This document shows, piece by piece, positions 50,690 to 63,891 of a stretch of 64,000 nucleotides of DNA (position 1 is the stretch's first letter; every line of letters starts with the position of its first letter). The notes under the pieces are model-generated. The model did not search any database, was not told where the DNA came from, and worked only from the letters and a program-made list of their open reading frames with translations. The stretch is taken from positions 493,981 to 557,980 of the forward strand of contig NMRA01000146.1 of the NCBI GenBank assembly GCA_002633005.1. The letters are read 5' to 3'. The stretch comes from Phoronis australis (lineage: Eukaryota; Animalia; Phoronida). The position numbers and the translations under genes were made by a program.

Positions 50690-52330
50690 TTGTCCATTTA
50701 TAATCTTTTAACCATGTTACTTTAAGAGCATTGAAACTAAATGAACCATGTTGAGATCACAATTTTTATAATTCTGAACCATTGTCTCAGAAGAAATTTT
50801 GTCTTTTTTTGTTACTCCAGATAAACTGAAAAAAACATTTTCTCCAGTTGTGGGATAAAATCTTCTTTTTGTGATGGGAGACTTAAGAAAAGATGGGTAA
50901 CGTTTGGCAATACTAACGATTTCACCACACATTTTTCTTTTGGACCAAGAGCGTTAGATATTCTGAATATCAATAAGTTTTACACAAAAGTTCAAACCAA
51001 TCATGCCGTCTAGATTTAAACTAAATTCAATCCCCAAAGTTGAAAATTTTGTTTTTGACCATTTTAAAGCTTTTGCGAAATCAGGTATCCAGGTATCATA
51101 CTTCCTGGTTCCAATCCATATACACTCGAGTTTTTCACTATTAGGTTTAAGACCTGAATACTTAGCAAATTGGTCCAGAAGATCCACAGTCTTTTTAGAG
51201 ACTTTACAGAACCATCCGTTACAATTGTTTTATCGTCGGCAAGGTGTAAAATATTTACCTTTCTAGCTCCGCAATTAATTCCCTTTACTGCATTATTATC
51301 TCTAAACATGTAGCCCAAGATTTCAGCGCAAAACACAAACAAGTAAGGCAAAATTGTCTCCCCTTGTTTGCAACCTTCTTCAACTTTAAAAAATTCAGAT
51401 GAAACGCCATTTTGAATGACGCAAAGCTGTGAATTTTCAATTATTTTTTTTATCCTTTCACAAAAATGTCTCCAAATCAAACATGTTAAGAACATTCAAC
51501 TGGAAAGTCCAGGATAATGAATCTAATGCTTTTTCAAAGTCGACTATTGTCAAAAGACCGGGAAGTTTACGCATAATGCAAAATGCAAAAGATTTCTGGT
51601 GTTCTCACCATTAAAGATAAAAAACCTTTTTGATCTGGGTGAATCGATCTTTCAAGAACTTTTTTCATTCTTTGTGCTAAACACGATGACAACATTTTTT
51701 ATATTATATATTTAAAAAAGAAATGGGAAGCCAAGTTTTTAAATATCATCTGGGCTTTCCGGGTATTGGCAGAACTTTAATTACCCCATGCATTTGTGAA
51801 GCTATGAGAGCATTTACTTCTAAACTATATTTAAACGACTTAAATAAAAAAGGTGATACTTCCGTCCAACAGTATTCATATAATTCAACAGTAAAACCAT
51901 CAGTTCCTGGAATTTTATTATTTTTGTGTTCTTTAATGCAATTTCTATTTCTTGGATACTATTATCCGCATCTAAACTTGTTTGATCTACTTTGCTAATT
52001 TTTTGATAATTTGAATTTTAACAATATCCATGATATTAACTCCATACGCGTAGTCTCTAGAAGAAAAAAAAAATCTTAAAAAGATTTCAATTCACTTAAA
52101 ATTTCTTTTTGTATCGTCAAAGTTTCGCCCGAGGACTTTATCAGCCTATTTATTGTTGCATTAACAAAATTTTGCTTTTCTGAGGCAGGAATTGACTTTA
52201 CCCGAATCAGCCAACAAAGGCTCAAAAGCCCAAAATGTTAACTCCTGTTGTCTTTGATCTCAAGGAAATAATTAATGAGTATTTTCATCGGGTAGTTTTC
52301 TGTAGCATGATTGATTCTTTGAAGAAGTCC
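50690..52330 (-). mobile_element. Degenerate L1/Tx1-clade LINE ORF2 (reverse transcriptase) fragment
   Basis: K.PGTDGFTVELY, IHPDQKGF, VDFEKALDS, VIQNGVSSEFFKVEEGCKQG...PYLFVFCAEILG, HLADD, FAKYSGLKPNSEK, TLGIEF. Stops and frameshifts throughout. Confidence 0.9.
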
Positions 52331-52911
52331 AGCGTTTTCCAAAAAGAAGTTTCAACTTCGTGATATCATTTCAGGTTCCATAACTGTGTGACACTTCTCA
52401 AATAGTCAATGACTATTAAGCAACGTGACAATCAAAACTATCGAACTGTTGTCAGTTCTCAAGTGACCGCTATTGTTGCAAGAGTCGACTTTTGTTCGTT
52501 TGAACAAGTTTCAAAAATTACGAATACATCTTTTCTGAATGTCAAATCACAATTAATCCCTTTTCTGTTCTATTCGCCCTTAAGTAACACCAAAGTACTT
52601 TTTAACACATAGCACCATTAGTCTTCATTGTAACGATAGGTATCTCGTTTCTAACAAGGGATAGCAAATCGGAATCCTACCCTTGGTCGCTGGTAATGGA
52701 CCGAAGATATTATGCAAAGTTAAAGATACGTTTAAAAATGTTATTGATAGGAAGATGGAATACATACTTCATACGATATATTACACTGTTGACTTAAACA
52801 TATATCAAAATTTTTGACATGGAAAATAACAGGTAGGTTGGACATGGCTCAGAGAATTTCCTGATAGAGTTATACCCTTCGTGTTTCTTGCTTTTTATAA
52901 CATGTGATGTG

Positions 52912-53108
52912 TCATGAGCTGGACGTTGTAGAAGATTTTGACAGTTTTCTGAGCACGGTGCACGCGCACATAACCAACAATAGACTGCCTACGCCTATAG
53001 CTATCCATCGATAATAACCTTTGGAAGTGAAACTCTTCCAGGTTTGGTTTGAATCGGCAGTCGTAGTTGTGGTGACGTCCTCTTCATTTTCGCGCCACTC
53101 TACTGAAC
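52912..53108 (-). CDS. Last coding exon (Thr-rich stalk, transmembrane helix, short tail) of a type I membrane protein
   Basis: Acceptor TGCTTTTCAG|, phase 1, then SVEWRENEEDVTTTTTAD...WIAIGVGSLLLVMCACTVL-RKLSKSSTTSSS*. A hydrophobic segment is followed by a basic stop-transfer. Confidence 0.7.
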
Positions 53109-53639
53109 CTGAAAAGCAACATGCAGGTAAACGATAACAATTAGTTTCAACCATGTTTTGGTGATTTCAACCGATCTTCGCTCTACCACCTAGTGGCAAA
53201 ATTGGCGTCCATCTTGAGCGATAGAAACAGGATTCAGCTAGTAAACTACTCGTACTTTCTTGTAACAAACAGGATAATATGATACCTGGTGGGTTGTCTT
53301 TCCCTAAAGTTGTCGTGCTACATGCCTAAAGCGTAGATGACGTCTGCCCGTTAAGCAGACTTCCCAAGGATTGTGTTTTTTCAAACTTGACAAGAAATAT
53401 TTGAGGGTTGTCGAGCGTTACAAAGCATTCTTTGGTTTCAGAGATTCATGAATAGATAAGAAAGTAAGTGTTAACTGATCAAAACTGAGTTTAACTGTAA
53501 CCTGATGACTACAAGCAGTTCACTTATTGTTTGGTGTGTCTAATGCTGCTTCAATATCGTATTTATGCGGACAATAGAGAGATTTCGCAAAGCCACGTAA
53601 ACGTGAATTACCCCGCACTTATTCAACATTTTCAGCCTG

Positions 53640-53890
53640 AAATGGCCAATATAACCGTTAAATAACCCATTTAGTTTGTCAACGCGCGTTAAATAACATT
53701 TCGGTGTGAAACCGAGGCCGGTTTCGAACCTGCGCGCAAGAGTTTCGAGTCGTCGAATTTACCACTGTATCGCTCATCAGCTGACGTCATTGAAAAGGAA
53801 AATAGAATACTTAAATAAGCACGTGCAACAATCGCATGTTCAACAAACGCATTTTACCGACACTTATACGCTTTGAAAATAAGACTCACA
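53640..53890 (-). repeat. Dispersed repeat with internal tRNA-like (A/B box) segment, copy 1
   Basis: The minus strand has TACAGTGGT (A-box-like) and GGTTCGAAACC (B box). A homologous copy lies at 61055-61292, sharing ACGTGCAACAATCGCATGTTCAACAAACG. Confidence 0.65.
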
Positions 53891-55502
53891 ATTTATAATT
53901 TTTATTCTTCTTCTTCTTCTAGTCATTACCATTGACATTATCATTATCATTATTATGTTTACGCCACCACCTGGTTTTAAGTCAAATTTTCATTTTCAGG
54001 AAGGAAAATTCTTAGCAAAATAGCAGAGTTGCAACCGAATCGATTTAACGATTGCAAATGTGCGGAAATTACGGTGCGTAAAGCATACTGGGATTGATGC
54101 ACGTAAATGGGATGGTCAGTTTGTTTGCACGGCGTGTGCATTAAACTACGGTGCTGTCTGTAATTCTGAAAACGTGAAGTTCTAAGCTACTAGACACTGA
54201 GTCATTGATTTCCGCACGAAGTGGTGCTTGCTTATGGTTGGAAAATATCACCTGGTGTGGTATGTACGCGCATTCAATGCTTTAGGCATACTGACCAGAA
54301 TCAGACTAGACATTTCCCGCGCTTCTCGTCGTTGACCGAAGGAGAAAATTACCATGCGAAATTATCCTACTCATCTTACTTAACGTGTAATAAGTATGCT
54401 GGTTGGGAAATTTCTAATAACACAGACTTTGTCTGAGCACATTAAGGGAGTCGACAGGACAAGTGGATTGCAGTAGGATGCTTTACCCCCTCGAAGAAAC
54501 CGAAAACCTCACTTTCATTGAAACTCTTGTTCTCTAACTTTCATAAACACAAAACAAGATATTGTAAATATGTTCGGGGTGTTGGTAGTCATATCTAATG
54601 GCCCATTCTATTTAATAAACGTAAACCCTAAGCCTAGGATGGTTACACGGAAGTTTGCTTAAACTCAACCTTGCATAGCCAGGGAAACTTCAATTTCTCT
54701 CTAATCATATTGCGTTGAGGTTCAATAATGTTTGCGTTGTAGTAAAGCAGATCACGTATTAATAAAAAAGTAAACTGTTAAATTTTGCTAATTTAATTGA
54801 TTGATTAGCCATTAACATATTGGCAAAAAGGTTACTTACTAAAAGACTATAATGCTTCAAGCGTTTAGCTCAAGCCTTTGATCATGTGACTTGCTGCCGG
54901 AAGTAACACATTGTCATAAATGGAAAGAAGTTGTTGTCCCTGGTCGCGGTCAAGTGGGGGGTTGCACTGTTTAATGTTAATGGCCATTTGGTCTTACATG
55001 AGTGACAGTGTTCCTCCTGGATAGAACTCTAGTGTTGTAGATGTTAATGGTGTGACCAGATGAAACTACATGTAAGTGGGATTATTCAATTTTTTTAACA
55101 AAACGAGTGCCGATAGTACGCTTGATCTCACCAACGTATAAATGAGAAGGATCCTGGTCACCCTGGAAACGCTATGCTTAAGTAACTTACTATATTCTAC
55201 TATGTAACTTTTCTCGTTTTTACCACAATCAAATAATACAACGATGAATTTTAAACACCTTTAACCATTCATATATTATTCCGACTTGATGACACTAGCT
55301 TTTAGTTAAGGAGAAAATAACAAACCAGTTATCCAGAGTTACCTCTGTCACAAAAGCGAGTGCTTACAGGTACACTTCTCATTGGATGGGTTTGTGATTG
55401 ATGTTTAAATTCATTTTATTGTAGGTTTCACCAAACTAAAATCGTGGTATCCACTGATAATCCAGTGATGGGTGGGCCTCAACGACACACATTTCGGGAC
55501 CG

Positions 55503-57478
55503 TTTGAAGCTTGTACGGTCCCTGAGCTGAAACGGTGGTTGCAGTTTCGAGGGGTTAAAGATTCTTGGTTGAAGCGACAGGCACTTATAGAGAGGTTTGT
55601 CATTGTTCCCATGCTGTTCTTTGTTAAATGCTATGTGGTCATCACACAAAATATTTGTTTCTGACTAATGGCAGAATTGCAAATGGCGTCGATCTACTTC
55701 TGTTCTGGGAGGTATGATCACATGAATTTAATGAGTGTACCCAACGTAGACAGTAACTTCCAACTTTATGCATTTAGGGACAATGCCCTTAAATAGCTGT
55801 AAATGTAGCTTCCTTTGGCGTTTATGCTGTGTCTGAAGGAGGTGGGTATGGGGCTCACCATCTGTGTAATGCTTGATATACGTTTTTAACAGTTTTGATT
55901 AACAACACATCAAATTAATTTTCTGTTGGATAGCATCATTGTCTGTAGCCCAGACTATCAACCGAAAATTGTATAGAGAATACGAGGGAGTGTAGGAAGA
56001 TATCCAACAGAAAGTACAGTTGTGTTTGTGTTTACCAATGGATGCTACATATACGTAACTATATTGGTTTAAGAGTCTGTTTACTTTTGATTACATTTTC
56101 ATCAAATCCATTTAAACAATGTTGTGCTCTTCCAGATATTATCATTACTTCAATGATAAAGAAAGGTCCAAGAAGATCGTGAAACCCGATGAGAACCGGC
56201 GACAAAAGAATACGCAAAAAACAAGAACCCTACATGAGGGAATAAGCAATAATGCTGGATGGACATCGATGTTACATGTTCCGCCTTCCACGTTCACTCC
56301 TAGCTTTGTATATGGTCATCTTGGGGGCACGACATTAAAACATAGGCAGAGTGACTTCAGGATGAGTAGGTATCAAAAAGTAGAGAAGTTGCTAATAAAA
56401 CCAGATCATGATAGCCCACAGTTCAAAGGAGTGGTCAGCGCAAGTTGCTAATCAAAAAGTACTCTGTGGTTGGCGAAATTCAAGGACGTTGTTTAGATGC
56501 AAAATGTAAGTGCGTTGCAGGTGCAAAGGGTGTTTGCAAGCATGTTGCTGCCTTCTTATTTAGGCTCCTTGGATGCAAGGAAAGTGGGTTGCCAACTATC
56601 CCCGATAAGATTGCGTGCCCGTCCCAGGAGTGAGCTTGGGGTCTAACGACGTATTCTGTCAAGGTGTATGAAAAATTTTCAGACTTGGTATTCGTGAAGT
56701 ACGTGGATGGAAATGACTCCAAAAAAACAATAGAAATTTCCAAAAAAGAGAGGATTACAACTGTCTTGCTCCAAGTAAACAGTCCTTACCAACGGCTCGA
56801 CTTAAGGAACTGGTCAGGGTAATGAAACCATATCACCCAGTGTGAACCAAATTGCTTGACCAAGTAAGTGTGCCAACAAACAACTGTTTGCGACTTCTTT
56901 ACATAATGCTGCAAAATATGCTGCTTTGCTATATTTTGGTTATCAATTACTTATTGTTCTATTATTCTCACGTGGGCGTTCTCTTACTTTGTAATATACT
57001 GCAAATTATATTAAAACTCCACACTTTATCTTATAAGTGACCATGTCGGCCAAATTAACTTAGGTGCAGTCCAACTTAAAGCCCAGTTCCAGGAGATAGG
57101 GACCACGTCGTACAGAATTCACCTGTTTTCCCATATTGTTTAAAGTCAATCTTAACTTGAATAAATACTTGAATTGTAGGCCTCCTCCTGTACTGTAGTT
57201 GAATGACCCATGCCCTCATAGTACATATACATGAACTTCGACAATTCATCAATGTTCACCGCCACAAAACATTACATGGACTTGGTTTTCAAACTTTAAT
57301 TAGTGCTATTTTAGCTGGTTCCATTGATGCTGGATAATATTGAAAGTGACGGGTTTCTGGTCATATGTACATCGTTCATGGCCCATATCAAGGCTCTCTC
57401 AAAAGTTGAAATTCGTGTCATTGTGAGAAAAATAAGAGGACAATCTCAAGATGAGGAATGGTTCAAACACCGTAAAGG
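55503..57478 (+). pseudogene. SAP - SWIM zinc finger - YqaJ/lambda-exonuclease-like accessory gene of an ISL2EU-like transposon
   Basis: SAP: CTVPELKRWLQFRGVK...KRQALIER|GT (55503-55594). SWIM: AKCKCVAGAKGVCKHVAAFLF (~56500-56560). YqaJ start: IRGQSQDEEWFKHRK|GT (57432-57477). Introns, stops and frameshifts present. Confidence 0.8.
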
Positions 57479-58859
57479 TATGCAACATAAACACTAGGCA
57501 GGTTGGCCCACTAATGATGATGGTGGGACTCTCTGATTCTTACACCAATTGTCTTATCAAGTTATTATTGAAGTACAAAATGTAACAAATTGTAAGGAAT
57601 ACTGTGACACCAAAAATCTTCTTGTTTCCTTGAACGTTAAATCATGAATTGTGGTGATTATTTGTCATTGCTCAGATTATATGGGAAGTCGACACATCTA
57701 AAATAACAAACATCAGAAAGGCTTTAAAGGTGGTTCAAACTAGCCTTAACAGTAAGCAAAATTCATACAGAAGAATTGTTGCAATGGAACTATTATCACT
57801 TTGTTGCTCTGGACTAGGAAGATAATTGGTACTTAGTTATTGACTGTGGCAAGGGTCAATCAGTTTCCTAGTTTTTGTGCTCAGAGTATGATTTAGGCAA
57901 TACGGTCACATGAGAAGTAGCCAGACACATTGCTATTTCTGTATCATGATAGTCAATTCTGTTCTCTTATACTTTTCACTTGATTACTACTTAAAGTGAC
58001 GCACCACGACGTGTCTTAACGGATGTAACCTGTTTGCACTATAACCTGAATATACCACGGTGCTCCTATTTGTAACGTTACTGAGAACGTTGGCCTATGA
58101 CAAATGGCATCATCATTTTATTCCTTTTTCTTTTGACACAAATAACTTACAACCTTCATAAAGATTAAAAATGACTTAGGGGCCTTGAACCGGTCTCCAA
58201 TCTCCGTACTCAGACTACAATCATACTCAAACTCACACTTCATACTCAACTCCAGTAAAGACTCAGTTTTGGTGTATTCAATGTCATAATCGAAAAGTCT
58301 GTACTCGAAATTTCGAGCACGTTCTCACTTTTCGATTATACTCGAAGCGAAGTGCAATTAATCTATATTTCGAGTACGGTTTTATGTAAAAATTTTGCGT
58401 ATATGCTCCAAATTCAAATTTGGTTTGGTAGTGTGCTTGAAATCGTATTCGAAAATAAATACAGTGGCTGTGAGACACAGACAATTTATTCCACAAGCGA
58501 AAGAAGAAAATACTGTGACTTGACGATGGCTGGAGAAATTACTAACCGAAACATTGCGCTAATGTTAATGGGCTATAACTTGGTGTGACTAGACCAATAG
58601 ATGGTCACCACATCTCACCAAATCATAGCGAGTTGAAGAAGAAACTTGTATAAGTTGTAGCAATAGTGGTACTATGAATAAATAGCGCCAGTGTAACAAG
58701 AATATAACAGTCACTGTGTACCAAAATTGGAATGCCATGAGTTTTATACAAAATCATTCATTTGAAATGAGGTGTTCTTATGCCTCTAATGCTAATGTCC
58801 AATTAATATTGTGAATTATCAAATTGTCCTTGAGCCAGAATTAAACATTCCGTTTAATT

Positions 58860-59795
58860 ACATTCATATATCTGTATGCGACATCTTTCTCCAGCAATCC
58901 AACTCTCAACCAGACAAAACCATAAACAGTTCATCCTGAGGTGAAAGCGCTCTGTTTCTAAGACCTTGGTTGCCTGGGTTCTTGAGATGTGATCCACAAT
59001 AAATTAAATGTTTTATGTCTTCCTGTACAAACTTGTACACGACCATAAAATGATTATGATAATTGAACCCGGTGTAAAAATACATTGCCCCAGTTTTGTC
59101 TTTTATTCCATCCAAGCCAAATGCATGGGATTGCAATAAGTGTTTGTTCTTTTCTAACTCCAGTTTGCCAGTCGATATTTCCTTTGACACTTCCTCATAT
59201 CTAGACCACATTTTCTACTTGTGTGTAGCTCTTTCTTATATGCAAAACACTCATTCATTTGAAAGCTCCTCTTCTACTTGTAGTTCACTAATTCTTGAGC
59301 CCATGCTCTCGATAATTTCATCTTTTTCCCAATAATAATTATCAACATGCTTTCGCTGTCATCCGGTTAATAGTAAATGTGATCATCAGCTAGGAAGGCG
59401 GAAGCCGATTTCCTGTCCAGTTGACTTTCACGTCCTTAAATCAACACAACGTCATCTTCCAAATTGCTCAGATCAGCTGAGTTCTGGGCAAGCGAAAACA
59501 AGATTTTCTTCACTACACTCCGCCGTGGAGTATTTGTTGTTGTTGCATTGAAAGGGAGATTTTGTAGGACAGTTTCCAAGATACGTTTTATTACCGCCCT
59601 CAAAATGAGCGCTGTATAACGTATGCCACTGAGTGGGAACGAATTCACTAAATAGCCCTTTGCTTCCAGATCTACTGATGTTTTTTACCCGTTTTACATG
59701 GTTCTTGATCCTTAGGAAACCGGTGATAACTAAATTCTTGATCTCGCTTACTGTTATTATAGCAGTCAGGCACACAACAGGTATAACCTACCCGT
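58860..59795 (-). pseudogene. THAP + HTH N-terminal part of a Harbinger/ISL2EU-type (DDE_Tnp_4) transposase
   Basis: YTCCVPDCYNNSKRD..SYHRFPKD...VKNISR...HTLYSAHFEGG.K...PT (THAP), then MYFYTGF...RALSPQDELFMVL..LRVGLLEKDVAYRY (HTH). The DDE core is not recognisable. Confidence 0.85.
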
Positions 59796-61054
59796 GGCCG
59801 GTTCGGCAGCACGCTTGCCAACACTGTACTTGTTTACTGGAAAACACCGCCTTAACAACAATGCAACATTCTGACCCGCCGTTGAAACTCCGCTATTCTA
59901 AGAAATCCCATTTAACTGAAAACGTCCCAATCGCTCAAAACGCTGTTAGACATGTTTGATTTCTGATCTACTTATCTTTTTCATGTCAAACGAACTCGAA
60001 TAACGTAAACCATATTTGTAAAAATATCTGTCCTATTTTTCTGTTTAACGGTAGCCAAAAGAATAGGCGTTTCAATCGAAAACCTTAATAAAGTTTTTGA
60101 GATTGTTGAATAAAGATTAAAATTGTAAAGTTTCAGTGAAATTCACAAAGCCGTTTTCGAGAACTCGAGATCCTAAATTCAACTCTATTTGTCGAAGCCA
60201 AAAGAGGCGGAATACGTAGCTAATCTTAAAAACGTGACCGTCATCAATTAACAGTTCATTGAAAATTTGTATTTGGTCAATATAACCTATACATTCCTTA
60301 GCCATGCTCGGTATTTCAATTACAATGTCAAGTGAATTTATCACATGTTAAACTTTTAACTTTGATACGCAGGATTTCACTATCGCTAGTTCCTAGGCGA
60401 GAAAGTGGAGCAAGCAGCTAGTAAGACAAGATGCACACAATGCACCGGAGAGGATGATATCAAGAAACCATGTACCAAATTGATAATAGAAATCGGTGGT
60501 TAAGGCCAAGTGAGCACAAGATTGAAACAATAAAATGTCAAATTACCGACAAAACTATCGAATTTCGGGGGATTTATCTTTTTTACAAGTTGCTGTGTTC
60601 GTGAACATACATGTAAAGACAACCTTGTGGTTCAGCAATTCGGACTCGGTGCAGTTCGGCTTTCTAACAGTCGTATGCACGCAGACGCACAACAACATCG
60701 AGGTAAAAATTTAGCTTTCTGCAGCATCATTCCATGATGTGTAGACTGTTGTCTTATAATGGCGACTGAATGAATGAACACTGAAGGTACATTCGGAACT
60801 GCTCTATTCCTGGAGTCGGCAGATTCCTTTAAAGTGACAGTTCCGTTAAATTTGACATCGGATAAGTAGTAAACACATTTCCACGCTATTGGAAGTGGCT
60901 GCACTCAATCTACTTTTTCCCTATATGGCATATATTTCACTATGAAGTTCCCTGAGAATAGAGATGAGGTATTTTGCTAGGCAGATGTGAAATATTGTGA
61001 AAACGCCCAATTTTCGTGAATAAGGCTTGGGATATCGTCGTTAATATCAGACTC

Positions 61055-61292
61055 GAATAACCGATACAACCGTGTAATAACCCATTAATTATCTAACGGG
61101 TTTAGATAACATTTTGTTGGGAAATCCAGGCCGGTTTTGAACCCGGTACACAACAGTTTCAGGCGTCGACTTGACCACTGCACCACTCAGCAGCCGACGT
61201 CATCGAACATGAAAATATAACGTGCAACAATCGCATGTTCAACAAACGACATTGTACCGACATTTATACGCTATGAAAAATAAGACGCATAA
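61055..61292 (-). repeat. Dispersed repeat with internal tRNA-like segment, copy 2
   Basis: Same orientation as and colinear with 53640-53890. The minus strand has GGTGCAGTGGTC and GGTTCAAAACC. Confidence 0.65.
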
Positions 61293-62590
61293 CTTCCATA
61301 AAAACGATATTTCAATTATAGTGAAATTTTCTCTCATTTTCTCTCACTTGTAAATCACCAATCTCCATTTTGAATGCGGGTGTCGTTTCGTCGGGATCCT
61401 TTGACTTGAGCGTTATACTCAATAGCCTGTGGTAACCTGCTTTAGCAGACGATATTTTCCTGGTCGAAGGTTAGCGTGATGAAATGTGGAGTAAGCTATA
61501 ATAGATTCTAAACCTTATTTTATAGTTTCAATTTAATATTTGTTTAATTTTCAATTGGTTTTGCGTAAAAGCATTTTTTGACAAAAATAGCTCGGCTTTT
61601 CTTAAAAGGTTACGACCTCCGACCCCGGGGACACTGACATAAAAAATAGTTACAAAGCCGAGGCGAGTCGTCAAATGTAGATCGATTCATTGCAATGATC
61701 CTCGTTCAATATGTTGTATGAATAGATTACTACATGTTCTCAGATTCACGGGGTACGTTCAGAGTCTTGAGTTTTTTGTTTCTCTGAGTCGGAACTTTTT
61801 GCCCACTCTGCCAATTGTTGAGTACGACGAAAACGTTTTTTGTTGAAACGACAAACTGACTATATTCAACGTTAATGACGAAAATCAAGCAATAGATGAG
61901 GTGGTTCGGTGGGCGAGAACTGACTTCAAAGTTTCACTGGCAATCATAATCTGCCATGTTGGCACTTCAAGCTTAAAAATAAAACCAACTAACTAGGCGT
62001 AAACAAAACCAAAAAGACAGTAAAATTTCGAAAATTGTAATAAAACATTAAAACCTGCGGCATTTAGGAAATGACTCTTCGTCAAGATATACCCAATTTG
62101 CCGTTTTAACTGATATTGTTTTTAATGTATCAAATCAAACCGTGCTTTCGAAATTTAAGGCTGTAATTTTGTTAATGCCAGAGAAAACCCACTTCGGTGT
62201 AATAATAAACACCAGGGATAAGAAAGTAGTCCCAGCAGTTGACCTTCAATTTCATGAGATTAGACATGCATGAATACACAGGGCATGATCCTTTACATTG
62301 CACGAGACAGTAAATACATCACATGCACTAGATCTCGGGTTAGTCAGTTGAGTTTAACTGGTTTGAGTTGAACATGCAGCTGTTTTGAGTTAAGTTTGAG
62401 TTGAGTCGTGTTGCAGCTACAGATTCAACAGAAAAAGCATTGGTATAAACAGCTACATGTAGAGAGACAGTTCCTGAAATAGGCTGAATAGTTTATCACG
62501 TGTCAGAGCATGGCAACACTGGTGGGAGCATAGAACAGACATGACATCGATGGTTTTGTATATGTTTAACGTGGAAATTAATACGATCGA

Positions 62591-63730
62591 TATTAGACAA
62601 CGCCAGAAATTTGTAACATGCACTACTGCGCATGCGCTAAATCTTGCCAGCAGCCCTCCATAAGGAATAAACAAGAGCAGGCTATATAATCAGGAATTTG
62701 TAAGCGAGGGGAGATAACTGCACAATTTGCCGATAGCCTGTCGCATAGAGTGTATGTTAAGATCTGTTACTGCCAAATATCAGCGTCATTGGTGAAAATT
62801 TTTCCACATCTCTTGAAGTTTGAAGTTTGACCCATTCAGGCCTATGTTAACGATCGTCCAGAATCCCATATTTGAGCGCATAGCTCATTTTGAAGTCAAG
62901 TTTGTGGCTGAATTCATTTTGCCATCGGATTTGCCGATAGCGGAGGTGATTACCAGGAGTACTCAGAGGTTGCTGGTCCAAATTTCATGCTGTTTTTCGA
63001 AAATTTTTCCATGTCTCTTGTGTTCAGAAAATGGATCCACGTACAGTGCTGTGAGATTAAATGTTGCCGATCGCCCGGCTGTCTTGCAATGGAATTTGCA
63101 CTCTGTATAGATGAGGGACTACCTCAGAATCGGTAAGAAACTGTTATGTTATTTTCTCATCCGGTATGAGTTTAGAAATACTTTCGAAATTTGAAAAAAC
63201 TCGGATTTTATACAGTTTTATGCAGGTTTTTCGCCTGTGAGTATAGTTGATACTGGTTATCTTCAAAATGTTGTTTCGTTTTGTGATCCACAGAACGTTG
63301 TCCTTTCGTCTTAATTTAATACTGTTACATTGGAGTGGATTCCGGACACAAATATGTATTGGCAAACATCTGAAGATTAATAAAAAGCGCTTTGGCAGCC
63401 CCCTTAAGGCAGCAAGCACACACCGGCTGGATGGTGTTCAATTCACTTTTGTTGTGCTTATGTGTAGGCCTAGAGCTGTGACCCCAATGACCCAGCTAGC
63501 ACTGTCATACTGTAGACTGTGGCGTTCCAGAAATTCCAAAGACTGTTATTTTGTAAACGTGACAAGTATTGCTCTGCAGACTATATATTGACTTCAGTGG
63601 GGATCACGGTACTAGCGCCCAAGCTCCCTGACCTTTAACCTTACTATGCGTTGTTACGATTGGTTAGGGACATGGCGCAAAGCGTCACCTAGGGGATCAA
63701 GAATGTTACAAATTTCTGGCGTTGTTAGTG
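62591..63730. mobile_element. Non-autonomous TIR element with CACTA-like end
   Basis: Perfect inverted match ACAACGCCAGAAATTTGTAACAT near both ends; the right terminus reads CACTA on the minus strand. Internal TGCCGAT repeats. TSD unclear. Confidence 0.65.
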
Positions 63731-63891
63731 AAGTGATTATATCAAACCAGTTTTCCGTCTATCGTCGCACCGAGGGCTATTAGAACCGATCGGTTGTAGC
63801 CTGCAACAGTGCCGCCACCCATCTACAGGGGGATTGTGACAAACGCGCATCACTCGGCGACAATAGGCAAGAACATGTAACAAGCTCTCAC

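Larger units (their letters stand above)
55400..59909. mobile_element. ISL2EU-like DNA transposon relic (two convergent genes)
   Basis: A convergent YqaJ-type gene and THAP transposase is the described ISL2EU organisation. Candidate right end ...GAAATCCC|AT at 59909. Left end unresolved. Confidence 0.7.

Noticed and set aside
53711-53782. Functional tRNA gene
   Set aside because: A/B boxes are present, but I cannot form convincing acceptor and anticodon stems, and the second copy differs substantially.
60632-60904. Additional FN3 exon (LSAATSNSVEM)
   Set aside because: The frame closes within a few codons, lacks the conserved Trp and has no good splice sites.
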